From contig JAPLWQ010000001.1 in NCBI GenBank assembly GCA_026396515.1, positions 564 to 64,563 on the forward strand: DNA of 64,000 bases. The letters run 5' to 3'. Below, piece by piece: positions 29,295-39,247 of this stretch (position 1 is its first letter; every line of letters begins with the position of its first letter). The notes under the pieces were generated by a model. That model did no database searches. It was not told where the DNA came from and saw only the letters and a list, made by a program, of their open reading frames with translations. A program made the translations under genes and the position numbers. This DNA is from Candidatus Magasanikiibacteriota bacterium. GTDB taxonomy: Bacteria; Patescibacteriota; Patescibacteriia; Magasanikbacterales; GWA2-37-8.

Positions 29295-29819
29295 CTATAG
29301 CGACTGCAAAAGTTTATCGGTCGCGTCCGGTAATATTTCATCAAGTTTTTGTTTTTCATTTTTTGAGATTTTTCCAAGCACGTAATCGGCCGTATCAGAA
29401 ATTTGTTTTAATGGCTTAATACCGAGGCGAAGACGGAAAAAATTTTGTGTTCCCAGATGATCAATAATTGATTGCACACCGTTGTGTCCGGCCGAAGACC
29501 GGTTAAACTGTATTTTGTATTCACCCAAAGCAATATCTTTGTCATCGTGCGCCACAATAATATCCGACGGTTTAATTTTGAAAAAATTAATTATAGCTTG
29601 TACGCTTTTTCCAGATTCATTCATAAAAGTCAGCGGTTTAGCAAGAATAATTTTCTTTCTTCCGATTTTTGCTTCGGCTATTTCCGCGTTGAATTTTTTG
29701 TTATTACTAAAAGAAACTCCGAATTTTCCGGCCATCATATTGGCGGCGATAAATCCGACGTTGTGGCGTGTGTCTGAATATTCGACGCCTGGGTTGCCTA
29801 AACCAACTACAAGTTTCAT
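29295..29819 (-). CDS. pth: Peptidyl-tRNA hydrolase
   Basis: VGLGNPG..Y..TRHNVGF, KPLTFMNESG, GHNGVQSI. Confidence 0.97.
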   Translation of the reverse strand: MKLVVGLGNPGVEYSDTRHNVGFIAANMMAGKFGVSFSNNKKFNAEIAEAKIGRKKIILAKPLTFMNESGKSVQAIINFFKIKPSDIIVAHDDKDIALGEYKIQFNRSSAGHNGVQSIIDHLGTQNFFRLRLGIKPLKQISDTADYVLGKISKNEKQKLDEILPDATDKLLQSL

Positions 29820-29929
29820 ATTTACCCTGCTAAAAATAATCTTACAAAATATTTATTTTTTGAATTTTCTTAACCGCTATCAAATAATTTCCTGTTTCTT
29901 TGTAAACTATTTAACAGGGTTAATCGGGT

Positions 29930-31303
29930 TTATTTTTTTACCTTTCGCAATTTGATAATAATTGGTGAAGCAAAAAAACCGAATTGTTCCCGTAGTCGAT
30001 GTTTTAGGAAGTGGATATATGACTGGTGTAAAGAGGTTTTGTGTTTGATGACCGCTTCGAATACCGGCGGGTCAGAGGCGATTTGTGTGAAACTCAGAAT
30101 TTTTGGATGGCGAACGCCCTTGCCTCGCGCAGGTTTGTGCAGATTGGTGACATGCTTAAAGAAATTATTAAGGTCGGCTGCGGGTATTTCCATTCTTTTT
30201 TCCGATGCCGCCCGTTCAATAATCGGGAAAATTTGATGAACGCGGTATTCGGTAAGGGCGCTTACGAAAACTATCGGTGCGTAGCTTAAGTGAGGAAAGT
30301 ATTTATAAATTCTTTGCCTGACATCATTGCGGAAACTGTCCTCGTTGTCTTCTGACAGATCCCATTTGTTTACAACGATAATCGCGCTTTTTGCGTGTTC
30401 TTCCAGAAAGCCGCCGAGCTGCTTGTCCTGGTCGGTGATTGGTTCTCCTGCGTCGATTACAAAAAGTACGATATTCGCCCTTTTAATTGCATCTAAACTT
30501 TTTCCAATTCCTTGTCTTTCAAGATCCCCGGATACTTTTGTTTTGCGGCGGATGCCGGCAGTATCAACAAAAATAATATACGAACCGTCAATCTCAATCA
30601 ATGTGTCGTGAGGTTCGCGCGTGGTGTGCGGCATATCCGAAACAATAACGCGCGGTTCGCCGATGAGTTTATTAAAAAGCAATGATTTGCCGACATTTGG
30701 CTTGCCGATAATTGCGACTTTGAGCGCATTTTTCTCCGTGATTTTTTTTGGACGCTTTTTGCTCTTGCGAAGATATTTGTATATTACGTCAATCAGGTCG
30801 CCGATATTGCTTCCATTCGCCGCCGACACCGGGATCGGCTCGCCCAGGCCTAGTTTTTTCCATTCGGCGTTGTAAATATTTTGCCTGTCGGCCGCTGAAT
30901 CGGCTTTATTGCCGACCAAAATTATTTGCTTTTTACCGCGGTATTTTGTCAGTAATTTTTTAGCCAGCTCTTTTTCCTGCGGCAACAGTTCATCCTGAAG
31001 ATCGACAATAAATAGAATCAGGTCGGCTCCTTTTATCGCTGTTTCAGTTTGTCCGATAATGTCCTTTTCCAAAGGCACGGCTTCGTCAAAAGTTAAACCG
31101 CCGGTATCCACCAGTTGAAAGGTTTTTCCGCGCCAACGAACAGCGCCTACGTTCCTGGTCCGCGTGGTGCCGGGGATTTTAGAAACCAAAGCGTGCGTCG
31201 TTTCCGTTAGGCGGTTAAACAATGTTGATTTGCCGACATTAACCCGACCGACGAGAACCGCGGTTGGAGCATTTGTCTCAATTATTTTTGCCGGTGTTGC
31301 CAT
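29930..31303 (-). CDS. der: Ribosome biogenesis GTPase Der/EngA
   Basis: Two G domains: GRVNVGKSTLFN/DTGG/NKAD and GKPNVGKS/DTAG/NKWD. Confidence 0.96.
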   Translation of the reverse strand: MATPAKIIETNAPTAVLVGRVNVGKSTLFNRLTETTHALVSKIPGTTRTRNVGAVRWRGKTFQLVDTGGLTFDEAVPLEKDIIGQTETAIKGADLILFIVDLQDELLPQEKELAKKLLTKYRGKKQIILVGNKADSAADRQNIYNAEWKKLGLGEPIPVSAANGSNIGDLIDVIYKYLRKSKKRPKKITEKNALKVAIIGKPNVGKSLLFNKLIGEPRVIVSDMPHTTREPHDTLIEIDGSYIIFVDTAGIRRKTKVSGDLERQGIGKSLDAIKRANIVLFVIDAGEPITDQDKQLGGFLEEHAKSAIIVVNKWDLSEDNEDSFRNDVRQRIYKYFPHLSYAPIVFVSALTEYRVHQIFPIIERAASEKRMEIPAADLNNFFKHVTNLHKPARGKGVRHPKILSFTQIASDPPVFEAVIKHKTSLHQSYIHFLKHRLREQFGFFASPIIIKLRKVKK

Positions 31304-31313
31304 AAGGTTGTGG

Positions 31314-32915
31314 TTATTCCGTGGAGTCCGCTCCCAGAATTATTAAAATATCCGTGTCAGGATTAAATTTCGCTCCCATTTCGTTTTCCATTGTCTTTGA
31401 ATCATCATAATCATCATGCAACCAATCGGGCAATGACATATCCAGTTTGCCGCGAACTTGTTTTGATAAATAGTTAACCACTTCATTTGAGACCGATTGG
31501 TTGATCAGATAAATTGTGGTGGTGGCGATTGGCCGCCGTATGCTGTTCCCGACAGTAATGATATTAAAACCCTGATCGGCCAAACGGCTTTGAAGACGGC
31601 TGGCCAGACCTGCGCGCCAGGTGCCGTTTTGGATTTCAATTTTTGCTTCAGATACAAAATCAAGGCGCTGACCGGTGTTTGATTCGGTACTCGTTGGTAT
31701 GCGGTCGCTCTGTGCGGTGCCGCTCGCCGCCAAAGCGGAATTTGCCGGTTTTTCTGAAGCCGTCGCCATAATTTCAATTGGAACGGACGGCACGAAAGAC
31801 GGTTCAAAAATATTAGCGATAGCCAAATTTATTGCATTGAGATTTCCTCCTTTTGGCGCGAGCATAAAAGCTCCGCTTTGGGCGATATATGAATACAGAT
31901 ACCCGGTGGGGCCGCTGTCAAGGACAAGATTTTTTACTTTGCCGGTATCAATATTTCTTGCCAAAGAAGCCATATAGAGCATCTGGCTGAATTCCAGATT
32001 TGTGGCAATGTTGTTGCTTAGCGAACTCCAAATTTTTTGCAGAGTAGACGGGCTGGTAATTGTTCCGAAAGAAAAAACTTTTTCTTTTAGAGCGGAGATT
32101 ATTTGTTGCTGTCTTCGTGAACGGGCAAAATCGGAGTTTTCCCCGTTGGTTCCGTGGCGCGAGCGCGAGTATTGAAGAGCGCGAGTGCCGTCCATATGTT
32201 GCGTGCCGGAAGCAAAAGATACTGTTTGGTATGAATAGTCCGGACCGGGGAATGAATAATCGGTAAACGGTTTTGTTACTTCGATATCGACACCGCCGAC
32301 AGCATTGACCAACTGTTCAAAGGCGTTAAAATTCACGCGCACATAATAGGGTATATCCAAATTGAATGTTTCGGAAAATACTTTTCTGGCGTACTCGCCC
32401 CCTTGATCAGGGTATTTGCTTTCACCGAGTGCGTCCGCATAGTTTATGCGGTAGACGCCGTAGTCGTCAATTTTGACGCCCAAATCGCGAGGAATAGAAA
32501 TCATTGCCACCTCTTTTGTACTTGGCTTGACGCTTACGATAATATTGGTATCGCTTAGATACGGGCCATCGTGCCCAGGCCCGCCGATACCGAGAAGCAA
32601 AATATTTATTCGGTCATTTTCTTCGCCGATGACCGGATTATCCTGGGCAAAAAGAAAGTTTTTTACAGTTTGAAAAAAACCGATTTTTTTCGGCCGGAGC
32701 AGGTCGGTTGGTGCATTTGTGTCATTTTGCTGTGAGGCCATTAAGGTGCGCGCGCCAAGCACCATCAGCATGACAGCGAATAATCCCAGCAGAAAATAAA
32801 GCAGCCAGGGCCTATTTTTTCCTGGCTTGGCTGCGTCGTTCGGAACCAATAATTTCTTTTCATTGCCTGGCGACAGAAAGTCCACTGATGGTTTTTCCTG
32901 TTTCAGTTCTTTCAT
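31314..32915 (-). CDS. LCP (LytR-CpsA-Psr) family protein with C-terminal LytR_C domain
   Basis: TM helix; NILLLG...SDT, SIPRD, DFARSRRQQ; C-terminal IEIQNGT..GLA..., DILIILGAD. Confidence 0.92.
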   Translation of the reverse strand: MKELKQEKPSVDFLSPGNEKKLLVPNDAAKPGKNRPWLLYFLLGLFAVMLMVLGARTLMASQQNDTNAPTDLLRPKKIGFFQTVKNFLFAQDNPVIGEENDRINILLLGIGGPGHDGPYLSDTNIIVSVKPSTKEVAMISIPRDLGVKIDDYGVYRINYADALGESKYPDQGGEYARKVFSETFNLDIPYYVRVNFNAFEQLVNAVGGVDIEVTKPFTDYSFPGPDYSYQTVSFASGTQHMDGTRALQYSRSRHGTNGENSDFARSRRQQQIISALKEKVFSFGTITSPSTLQKIWSSLSNNIATNLEFSQMLYMASLARNIDTGKVKNLVLDSGPTGYLYSYIAQSGAFMLAPKGGNLNAINLAIANIFEPSFVPSVPIEIMATASEKPANSALAASGTAQSDRIPTSTESNTGQRLDFVSEAKIEIQNGTWRAGLASRLQSRLADQGFNIITVGNSIRRPIATTTIYLINQSVSNEVVNYLSKQVRGKLDMSLPDWLHDDYDDSKTMENEMGAKFNPDTDILIILGADSTE

Positions 32916-33048
32916 ATATAATAACAGGGGGATTATATCACAGGGTTTCGCTGTTTTCAACTGGGGTATTGATTTTTTGTAATTTGCGTGTTATACTCTA
33001 TATAACCTAATAAAAATGGCCGTTTTTGAAGGATCGGCCTTGTTAATC

Positions 33049-33122
33049 GGCCACTTGGCTCAGTTGGTTAGAGCGCTTCGTTCACATCGAAGAGGCCACA
33101 GGTTCGAGTCCTGTAGTGGCCA
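33049..33122 (+). tRNA. tRNA-Val(CAC)
   Basis: GGCCACT/AGTGGCC acceptor, CTTCG-TTCACAT-CGAAG anticodon arm, GGTTCGAGTCC. Confidence 0.95.
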
Positions 33123-33146
33123 CCGGGTTAATTTTTTTCTTAAACT

Positions 33147-33653
33147 ATGCCGCAAGATTTACTAAAACAAGATGTAAATTTTGGCAATGTTGTTTACAGC
33201 TGGTCTTTTAGGGAATACGAAAAATTCAACCGTGGAAAGCGTTGGTATTGGATAACCGGATTGCTCGCCGCTTTGTTGATCGCCTATGCTGTCTATACCG
33301 CCAATTACCTATTTGCGCTTATCATTGTGCTGTTTGGTATTATTATTTTTTTGCAGGACATGAATGAACCGGCGGAATTGGACTTTGCTCTTACTGACAC
33401 CGGTATCGTAGTGGGCACAAAATATTATCCGTTCAGCGAGTTGGAAAAATATTGGATTGTATACAACCCGCCAATGGTAAAGGTTTTGTACTTTGAACCA
33501 AAGAGTACGTTGAAGCACAGGTTGCATATCCCGCTTTTGGATACGGATCCTCTTACCCTGCGCGATTATTTGAATCAGTTTTTAATTGAGGATCTGGAAA
33601 AAGAAGATGAACCCCTTAGCGACCGCCTTGGACGGATGTTCAAGATTCAATAA
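33147..33653 (+). CDS. Two-TM hypothetical membrane protein
   Basis: W.FREY..RGKRWY, two hydrophobic helices, soluble C-terminal domain. Confidence 0.85.
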   Translation: MPQDLLKQDVNFGNVVYSWSFREYEKFNRGKRWYWITGLLAALLIAYAVYTANYLFALIIVLFGIIIFLQDMNEPAELDFALTDTGIVVGTKYYPFSELEKYWIVYNPPMVKVLYFEPKSTLKHRLHIPLLDTDPLTLRDYLNQFLIEDLEKEDEPLSDRLGRMFKIQ

Positions 33654-33710
33654 TTTGTGTTTATGCCGCCTCTCACCTGCGGGTGAGATATTTTTTTCCA
33701 CAATATATTC

Positions 33711-33782
33711 GACCTCGTCGTTCAATGGATAGGACACTAGCCTGCGAAGCTGGAGATCAAGGTTCGACTCCTTGCGGGGTCA
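33711..33782 (+). tRNA. tRNA-Arg(GCG)
   Basis: GACCTCG/CGGGGTC acceptor, CTAGC-CTGCGAA-GCTGG anticodon arm, GGTTCGACTCC. Confidence 0.92.
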
Positions 33783-33886
33783 CAAAAAAATACGCCGGAA
33801 AGGCGTGTTTTTTAAACCTCAGATTTTTGCTTATTTTAGCTAAAAAATAGGGCATTTTTTATAAGTTTATGTTTGAAGTATTGTTA

Positions 33887-33915
33887 TTGACAAAAATACC
33901 ACTTTATGCTATTTT
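33887..33915 (+). promoter_or_regulatory. Promoter of the NfeD-flotillin operon
   Basis: TTGACA-17bp-TATTTT with TG extension; AAAGGAGGTG SD at 33988-33997. Confidence 0.6.
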
Positions 33916-34002
33916 TCTCTATTCCTCAAGTATGTTGCTTGAGGGTAATAAAAATTGCGTTTTTTCACAATTTACCAACAATTCACCAAAGGAGGTGAAA
34001 GG

Positions 34003-34551
34003 ATGACCGTATTTATCTGCATCATGGTGGTCGGCTTCGTTGTGCTCGGAGCTTCGCTGCTTTTTGGCGAGATATTCGAGCACGGAGGCGACATCGCTCA
34101 TGACATCGCTGTCGAGCACGACGTGCTCGGTCAGGGCGGTGACGTGGAGCATTCTCAGGGCGGGCCGAGCTTCCTCAGCTTGCGCATGCTCGCCAGTTTC
34201 GCCACCGGTTTCGGAGGCGGCGGAGCGATCGGGCGCTACCTCGACTTCGGCTATGTGGCGAGTTCGCTTTTCGGGCTCGCTTTGGCCGTGGCGGTGGCAG
34301 CGGTCGTCTACTTCATCGTCGCGTTCCTCTACAAACAGCAGGCGACGAGCGGGGTTACCACAAGCGAATGTCTGAACAAGCAGGCGATCGTCTGTGTTGC
34401 GATTCCGGATAACGGGATGGGCCAGGTGACGCTCACACTCAAGGGCGCGACCCTGACCAAGATGGCCAAGTCGGAGGACGGCAAATCGCGTGAAAACGGT
34501 GCGACGGTTCTGATCAAGCAGATCGTCGGCGATTACATCATCGTCGGCTGA
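34003..34551 (+). CDS. NfeD-like (YuaF-type) membrane protein with C-terminal OB fold
   Basis: TM helices, His/Asp-rich loop, PSFLSLR..FATGFGGGG, IPDNGMGQVTL; directly upstream of an SPFH gene. Confidence 0.85.
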   Translation: MTVFICIMVVGFVVLGASLLFGEIFEHGGDIAHDIAVEHDVLGQGGDVEHSQGGPSFLSLRMLASFATGFGGGGAIGRYLDFGYVASSLFGLALAVAVAAVVYFIVAFLYKQQATSGVTTSECLNKQAIVCVAIPDNGMGQVTLTLKGATLTKMAKSEDGKSRENGATVLIKQIVGDYIIVG

Positions 34552-34593
34552 AAACGGACTAACGGTCCAAAACAAAGAAAAAGGAGAAAACAG

Positions 34594-36420
34594 ATGAAAA
34601 CACTGTCCGGTTTCGCCGCCATGTTTGCAGCCATGTTCTTCGCGGGCAACTTGCTCGCGGCCGAAGGCGGGAACGCCGCGGCCGGCAACTTGCCCTTCGA
34701 TCTCGGGGGGCTCTTCATTCCGGTCATCGTCGTGGTCTGCGTGCTCGCTATCCTCATCGCCCTCTCGCTCTTCCTGCGGAATTACATCAAGGTTCCGCCG
34801 AACCAGGTGGCGGTCATCTCTGGACGGAAACACAGGCTCGACACCGGCGAGGCAATCGGGTTCAGACTCGTCCGCGGCGGCGCCACCTTCAAGTGGCCAT
34901 TGCTCGAACGGGTCGACTATCTCGATCTCGGAGTGCTGAGCATCCCGGTGCAGATCAAGAAGGCAATCACCAAAGAAGGTGTGCCGCTCAACGTGGCCGC
35001 CATTGCCAACGTCAAGTTCGGTAGCGACGATGTGTCGCTGCGCAACGGCGCTGAGCGGTTCCTGGGTATGAGCCCGGGAGCGATGCGGGAAATCATTCTC
35101 AATACGCTCGAGGGGCATTTGCGTTCGATCTGCTGCACCCTGAAGGTGGAGGAGATCAACAGTGATCGCCAGAAGTTCGCCCAACAGATGGTGAGCGAAG
35201 CGGCGGTCGACTTGGGGCGTTTGGGCTTCGTAATTGATGCCCTGGTCGTCCAGCACATCGAGGACGAGCAGCAATACCTCAACTCCCTCGGCCTCAAGCG
35301 TACGGCCGAGGTCAAACGTGACGCGAAGATCGGCGAAGCCGAAGCGACGCGCGACGCGGACATCAGGACGGCGGAAGCGACGCGCACCGCAACGATTGAA
35401 TCGACCAACGCCCAGCGCGAAGGCGCGGTGGCCAAGAACGAAAACCTGGCCAAGATCGCCGCGGCCGAGCGCGACCTCAAGACGAAGGAGGCGGGATTCG
35501 CCGCCGAAGTCGCTCAAGCCGAAGCCACGCGCGACCAAGCCGGTCCCAAGGCCAAGGCCTTGGCCGAGAAGGATGTGCTCGTCGCCCAGGTCGCGGCCCA
35601 AGAGGCCAAGGCCTTGGCGGAAATCTCTCTCCAGCAGAAGCTGGCCGAGCGCAAGAAGGCCGAGCTCAACGCCACGGTGATCCAGGGTGCTGAAGCCGAA
35701 AAGCAGAAGCAGGTCATCGAGGCGGAAGCCGCGGCCGCGGCCGCGGTGAAGCGGGCAGAAGGCGCGCGCGACGCCGCGGTCAGGACGGCCGAGGGTCAGC
35801 GCGATGTCGCCATCCGCGAAGGCGAAGGCGAGGCCTCCAAGACCAAGGCGGTTGGCCTGGCAGAAGCTGATGCCAACAAGGCAAAGTTGCTCGCCCAGGC
35901 AGAAGGCGAGGCCGCCAAGGTCCGCCAGATGGGTCTGGCCGAGGGCGAGGCCATCCAGGCCAAGCTGCTGGCCGAGGCCGCCGGCGTGCTCAAGAAGGCC
36001 GAGGCCTATCAGAAGCTCGACGAGGCAGGCAAGTTCATGTTCATCCTCGAGAAGGCCCCGCAGATCATCGAGGCGCTCGGCGACGCTGCCTCCAAGGCCC
36101 TTACCCCGGCGTTCGATGCCGTTGGGCGCGGGCTGGCCAACGTGGACAACATCACCATCGTCGACACCGGGTCGGGGGATGGCAAATCGGCGGTCGGGCG
36201 CTTCGCCAATACCGCCCCCACGATTTTCTTCGAGTTCATGCAGAAGGCGAAGGCCCTGGGGATCGACCCGACCGATCTGCTCAAGAAGGTCGGTGTCAAG
36301 GTGATCCCCGGTTCGGCAGCGTTCGGCGCTCTCGACACCGGAGGACAGGACGAGGCGGCATCACCCGCCGCAGACGCCGCCGCCGGCAAGCCGCCGGCTG
36401 ACGCGCCGGCCAAGAAGTAG
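34594..36420 (+). CDS. Flotillin family (SPFH) protein
   Basis: YIKVPPNQVAVISG, TKEGVPLNV, TLEGHLRSI, YLNSLG..RTAEVKRDA.IGEAEA, long AEA repeats; AAGGAG SD. Confidence 0.95.
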   Translation: MKTLSGFAAMFAAMFFAGNLLAAEGGNAAAGNLPFDLGGLFIPVIVVVCVLAILIALSLFLRNYIKVPPNQVAVISGRKHRLDTGEAIGFRLVRGGATFKWPLLERVDYLDLGVLSIPVQIKKAITKEGVPLNVAAIANVKFGSDDVSLRNGAERFLGMSPGAMREIILNTLEGHLRSICCTLKVEEINSDRQKFAQQMVSEAAVDLGRLGFVIDALVVQHIEDEQQYLNSLGLKRTAEVKRDAKIGEAEATRDADIRTAEATRTATIESTNAQREGAVAKNENLAKIAAAERDLKTKEAGFAAEVAQAEATRDQAGPKAKALAEKDVLVAQVAAQEAKALAEISLQQKLAERKKAELNATVIQGAEAEKQKQVIEAEAAAAAAVKRAEGARDAAVRTAEGQRDVAIREGEGEASKTKAVGLAEADANKAKLLAQAEGEAAKVRQMGLAEGEAIQAKLLAEAAGVLKKAEAYQKLDEAGKFMFILEKAPQIIEALGDAASKALTPAFDAVGRGLANVDNITIVDTGSGDGKSAVGRFANTAPTIFFEFMQKAKALGIDPTDLLKKVGVKVIPGSAAFGALDTGGQDEAASPAADAAAGKPPADAPAKK

Positions 36421-36432
36421 AGCTGGCGCGCC

Positions 36433-36894
36433 ATGGCGAACGATTTCACGTACGAGAGTAAGATCCCATGGAAAGCGGAGCGGAAGGCCAACACATTGGT
36501 CATCCACTGCAGCGCTTTTGACCTCAGACCGTACTTCGCCGATTTCGCGGCGAACGGCCTGAAGCTCGCGGAATATGACCTGGTGGCTGTCCCCGGCGGC
36601 GTTCAGATGCTGACGGTGGCCCATTACATCGCGAAGGTGCGCGTACTCATGCGCAAGTGGCTGGGCTTCCTGGTCGAGCATCATAACCTGACCAAGGTGG
36701 TGATCATCGGCCACGACGACTGCTCCTGGTATAAGGACTTTCGTTTCGGTCCGATCCATATCGATCTGAAGCAGCGGCAGATAGCTGACCTCAAAGAAGT
36801 TGCCGCTATCTTGCGCGAGGAGATGAAGGTCGGCGTGGACATCTACTTCGCCCACATCAAAGACAACAAGGTTTCTTTCACTCGGGTCAGCTGA
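36433..36894 (+). CDS. beta-carbonic-anhydrase-like protein
   Basis: LVIHCS..., AVPGG, IIGHDDC (HxxC) pattern. Confidence 0.7.
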   Translation: MANDFTYESKIPWKAERKANTLVIHCSAFDLRPYFADFAANGLKLAEYDLVAVPGGVQMLTVAHYIAKVRVLMRKWLGFLVEHHNLTKVVIIGHDDCSWYKDFRFGPIHIDLKQRQIADLKEVAAILREEMKVGVDIYFAHIKDNKVSFTRVS

Positions 36895-37045
36895 CAACTG
36901 GCCGAAGTTCTTTCCAAATACATCTCGCCGATCGGTTAGTCACCGATCGGCAAATTCAATAAAACATCATTATCAATGGTGTTTTTTTGATATATTTTTC
37001 CTTTGGCTTTTTGTTGTTTATGCTATAATGATACAAACAAGAACT

Positions 37046-39139
37046 ATGGATTTTTCTACACCAATAATAAAACTTAATCGCGTCGGAGCAACACTTGCCC
37101 GGCGTTTTGGGCGTTTAGGCGTGAAAACCGCCGGTGATTTGTTAAACTGGTTTCCTTTCCGATACGAAGATTATCGCCGCATCATACCTATCGGGAAAAT
37201 AGTTGAGGGAGAAGCCATTACCGTTTGCGGTCGGTTGGAACTTATCGCCAACAGGCGCAGTTTTCGCAGCAGAAAAATAATTACTACTGCCATGGTTTCC
37301 GATGAAAGCGGCAGTGTGCGCGTGGTTTGGTTTAATCAGCCGTATATCACTAAAAATTTGAAGCCGGGCGACATGATTTTTTTATCCGGCAAGGTTAAGG
37401 CGGATATGCTTGGCCCGCAGTTTGTCAGCCCGATGTACGAAAGAATGAATAACGCAGAGACAACGCATACGGCGCGGATGGTACCGATATATCCCTTAAC
37501 CGACGGCATTACTCAAAAGCAAATACGTTTCTTGATGTCCCAAGTAATGCCCCTGGCGCAATCTGCCGATGATTGGCTGCCTGATGAGATTTTGGAGCGG
37601 TTTGACCTTGCTCCGCTTAAGGATGCCTTGCAGGGAATTCATTTACCAAAAGATGAAATTGATTTAAAACAATGCACCGACCGGTTAAAATTCAATGAAT
37701 TATTCGTTCTTCAATTTAAAGCCGAATTAGCGCGCCGGGAAATGAGCTCAACCAAGGCCCCGGCCATGGAATTTAAGGAGGACGCTATCAAAAAATTCGT
37801 TGCCGGTTTGCCGTTTAAACTGACCAAGGGGCAGAAAGTAGCGGCTTGGGAAATTTTGAAAGATCTGCAAAATAATGCGCCGATGAATCGCTTGTTGTCG
37901 GGCGACGTTGGCTCCGGGAAAACGGTTATCGCGGCAATCGCCATATTAAATACGGTTTTAAATGGTTATCAGGCGATACTGATGGCGCCGACAGAAATTT
38001 TGGCGCGGCAGCACTTTGAATCATTTAAGAAATTATTTGGCGGGAAAATACAAATTGGGCTTCAGACCAGGTCACAGATATTTGTCGGAGAAGAAGAATT
38101 AACAAAGAAAAAAATGGCTCAATTTATCAGTCGGGGGGAAGTAAAAATAATTATCGGAACGCACGCCTTGCTTTCAGAGAAAATATTATTTAGCGATGTA
38201 GGCTTAATAGTTGTGGATGAACAGCATCGTTTTGGCGTGGCCCAAAGAAAAGCGATTAAAGATAAAACCGACGACGTGTCTGCCCATTATTTAAGCATGA
38301 CCGCCACACCGATTCCCCGGTCGCTCGCTTTAATGATTTACGGAGATTTGGATTTATCGGCGATAAATGAAATGCCGGCGGGACGCAAGCCGATTATTAC
38401 CAGATTGGTTGAGCCGAAAAATAGGGAAAAGGCGTATGAATTTATTTGTGGTCAGGTGAAGCAGGGGAGGCAAATATTTGTAATTTGTCCGCTGATAGAA
38501 CAGGCGCCAACTGAAGATTTTATACCGATAAATTATGATTTTACTTGGGCGGGTCAAAGCGACAAAAAAACCGTCATGAATGAATTCACGAAGTTATCTG
38601 AAGAAATTTTTCCAGATTTTTTGGTGGGATATTTGCACGGCAAACTTAAGCCCGCGGAAAAAGAGGCGACAATGAAAAAATTTCAAAATAATGAAATAAA
38701 TATTCTTGTTTCTACTTCTGTTGTGGAAGTTGGAATCGATATCCCCAACGCGTCTGTGATGATGATTGAAGGAGCGGACCGTTTCGGTTTGGCACAGCTT
38801 CATCAGTTTCGCGGACGCGTCGGCCGGTCGGTTTATCAATCATATTGTTTTTTATTTACCGGTTCTGAATCGGAAAAAGTTAAAGATCGGCTGACTTTTT
38901 TTGAACAAAATCTAAATGGTTTTAATTTGGCGGAAAAGGATCTGGAAACGCGTGGCCCCGGAGAAGTATATGGAACCGCCCAAAGCGGGCTCGCTAACTT
39001 AAGGTTGGCTAAGCTAACGGATAAAGAGGTAATTGTGAAGACAAGAAGCGCGGCTGTATTCGTGGCTCAAAATCTAAAAAAATTCCCTAAAATTAGGCAT
39101 TTCATTGCCAAATGGGAGAAGGGCGTGCATTTAGAGTAA
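37046..39139 (+). CDS. recG: ATP-dependent DNA helicase RecG
   Basis: FPFRYED, GDVGSGKT, DEQHRFGV, MTATPIPRSL, QLHQFRGRVGR. Confidence 0.98.
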   Translation: MDFSTPIIKLNRVGATLARRFGRLGVKTAGDLLNWFPFRYEDYRRIIPIGKIVEGEAITVCGRLELIANRRSFRSRKIITTAMVSDESGSVRVVWFNQPYITKNLKPGDMIFLSGKVKADMLGPQFVSPMYERMNNAETTHTARMVPIYPLTDGITQKQIRFLMSQVMPLAQSADDWLPDEILERFDLAPLKDALQGIHLPKDEIDLKQCTDRLKFNELFVLQFKAELARREMSSTKAPAMEFKEDAIKKFVAGLPFKLTKGQKVAAWEILKDLQNNAPMNRLLSGDVGSGKTVIAAIAILNTVLNGYQAILMAPTEILARQHFESFKKLFGGKIQIGLQTRSQIFVGEEELTKKKMAQFISRGEVKIIIGTHALLSEKILFSDVGLIVVDEQHRFGVAQRKAIKDKTDDVSAHYLSMTATPIPRSLALMIYGDLDLSAINEMPAGRKPIITRLVEPKNREKAYEFICGQVKQGRQIFVICPLIEQAPTEDFIPINYDFTWAGQSDKKTVMNEFTKLSEEIFPDFLVGYLHGKLKPAEKEATMKKFQNNEINILVSTSVVEVGIDIPNASVMMIEGADRFGLAQLHQFRGRVGRSVYQSYCFLFTGSESEKVKDRLTFFEQNLNGFNLAEKDLETRGPGEVYGTAQSGLANLRLAKLTDKEVIVKTRSAAVFVAQNLKKFPKIRHFIAKWEKGVHLE

Positions 39140-39146
39140 AAAAGTA

Positions 39147-39175
39147 TTGACTTTTTGGCTGAGTCATGCTATTCT
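39147..39175 (+). promoter_or_regulatory. Promoter of the GC-rich orphan gene
   Basis: TTGACT-17bp-TATTCT with TG extension. Confidence 0.6.
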
Positions 39176-39247
39176 CTCGTCATGTTTTTACCGTCTGTGC
39201 GGATGTTCCGCGCCGGTAGAACAGGGCTTTCATCAAGGAGAAGAGGC

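Noticed and set aside
33919-35601. 560-aa minus-strand ORF, plus 36009-36503 and 36361-36897
   Set aside because: Antisense shadows of the GC3-rich NfeD, flotillin and CA-like genes, which have clear family motifs and SD signals on the plus strand.
35700-36000. GCCGAGG/AEA-type repeats in flotillin
   Set aside because: Ordinary coding repeats of the flotillin coiled coil, not an independent DNA repeat.
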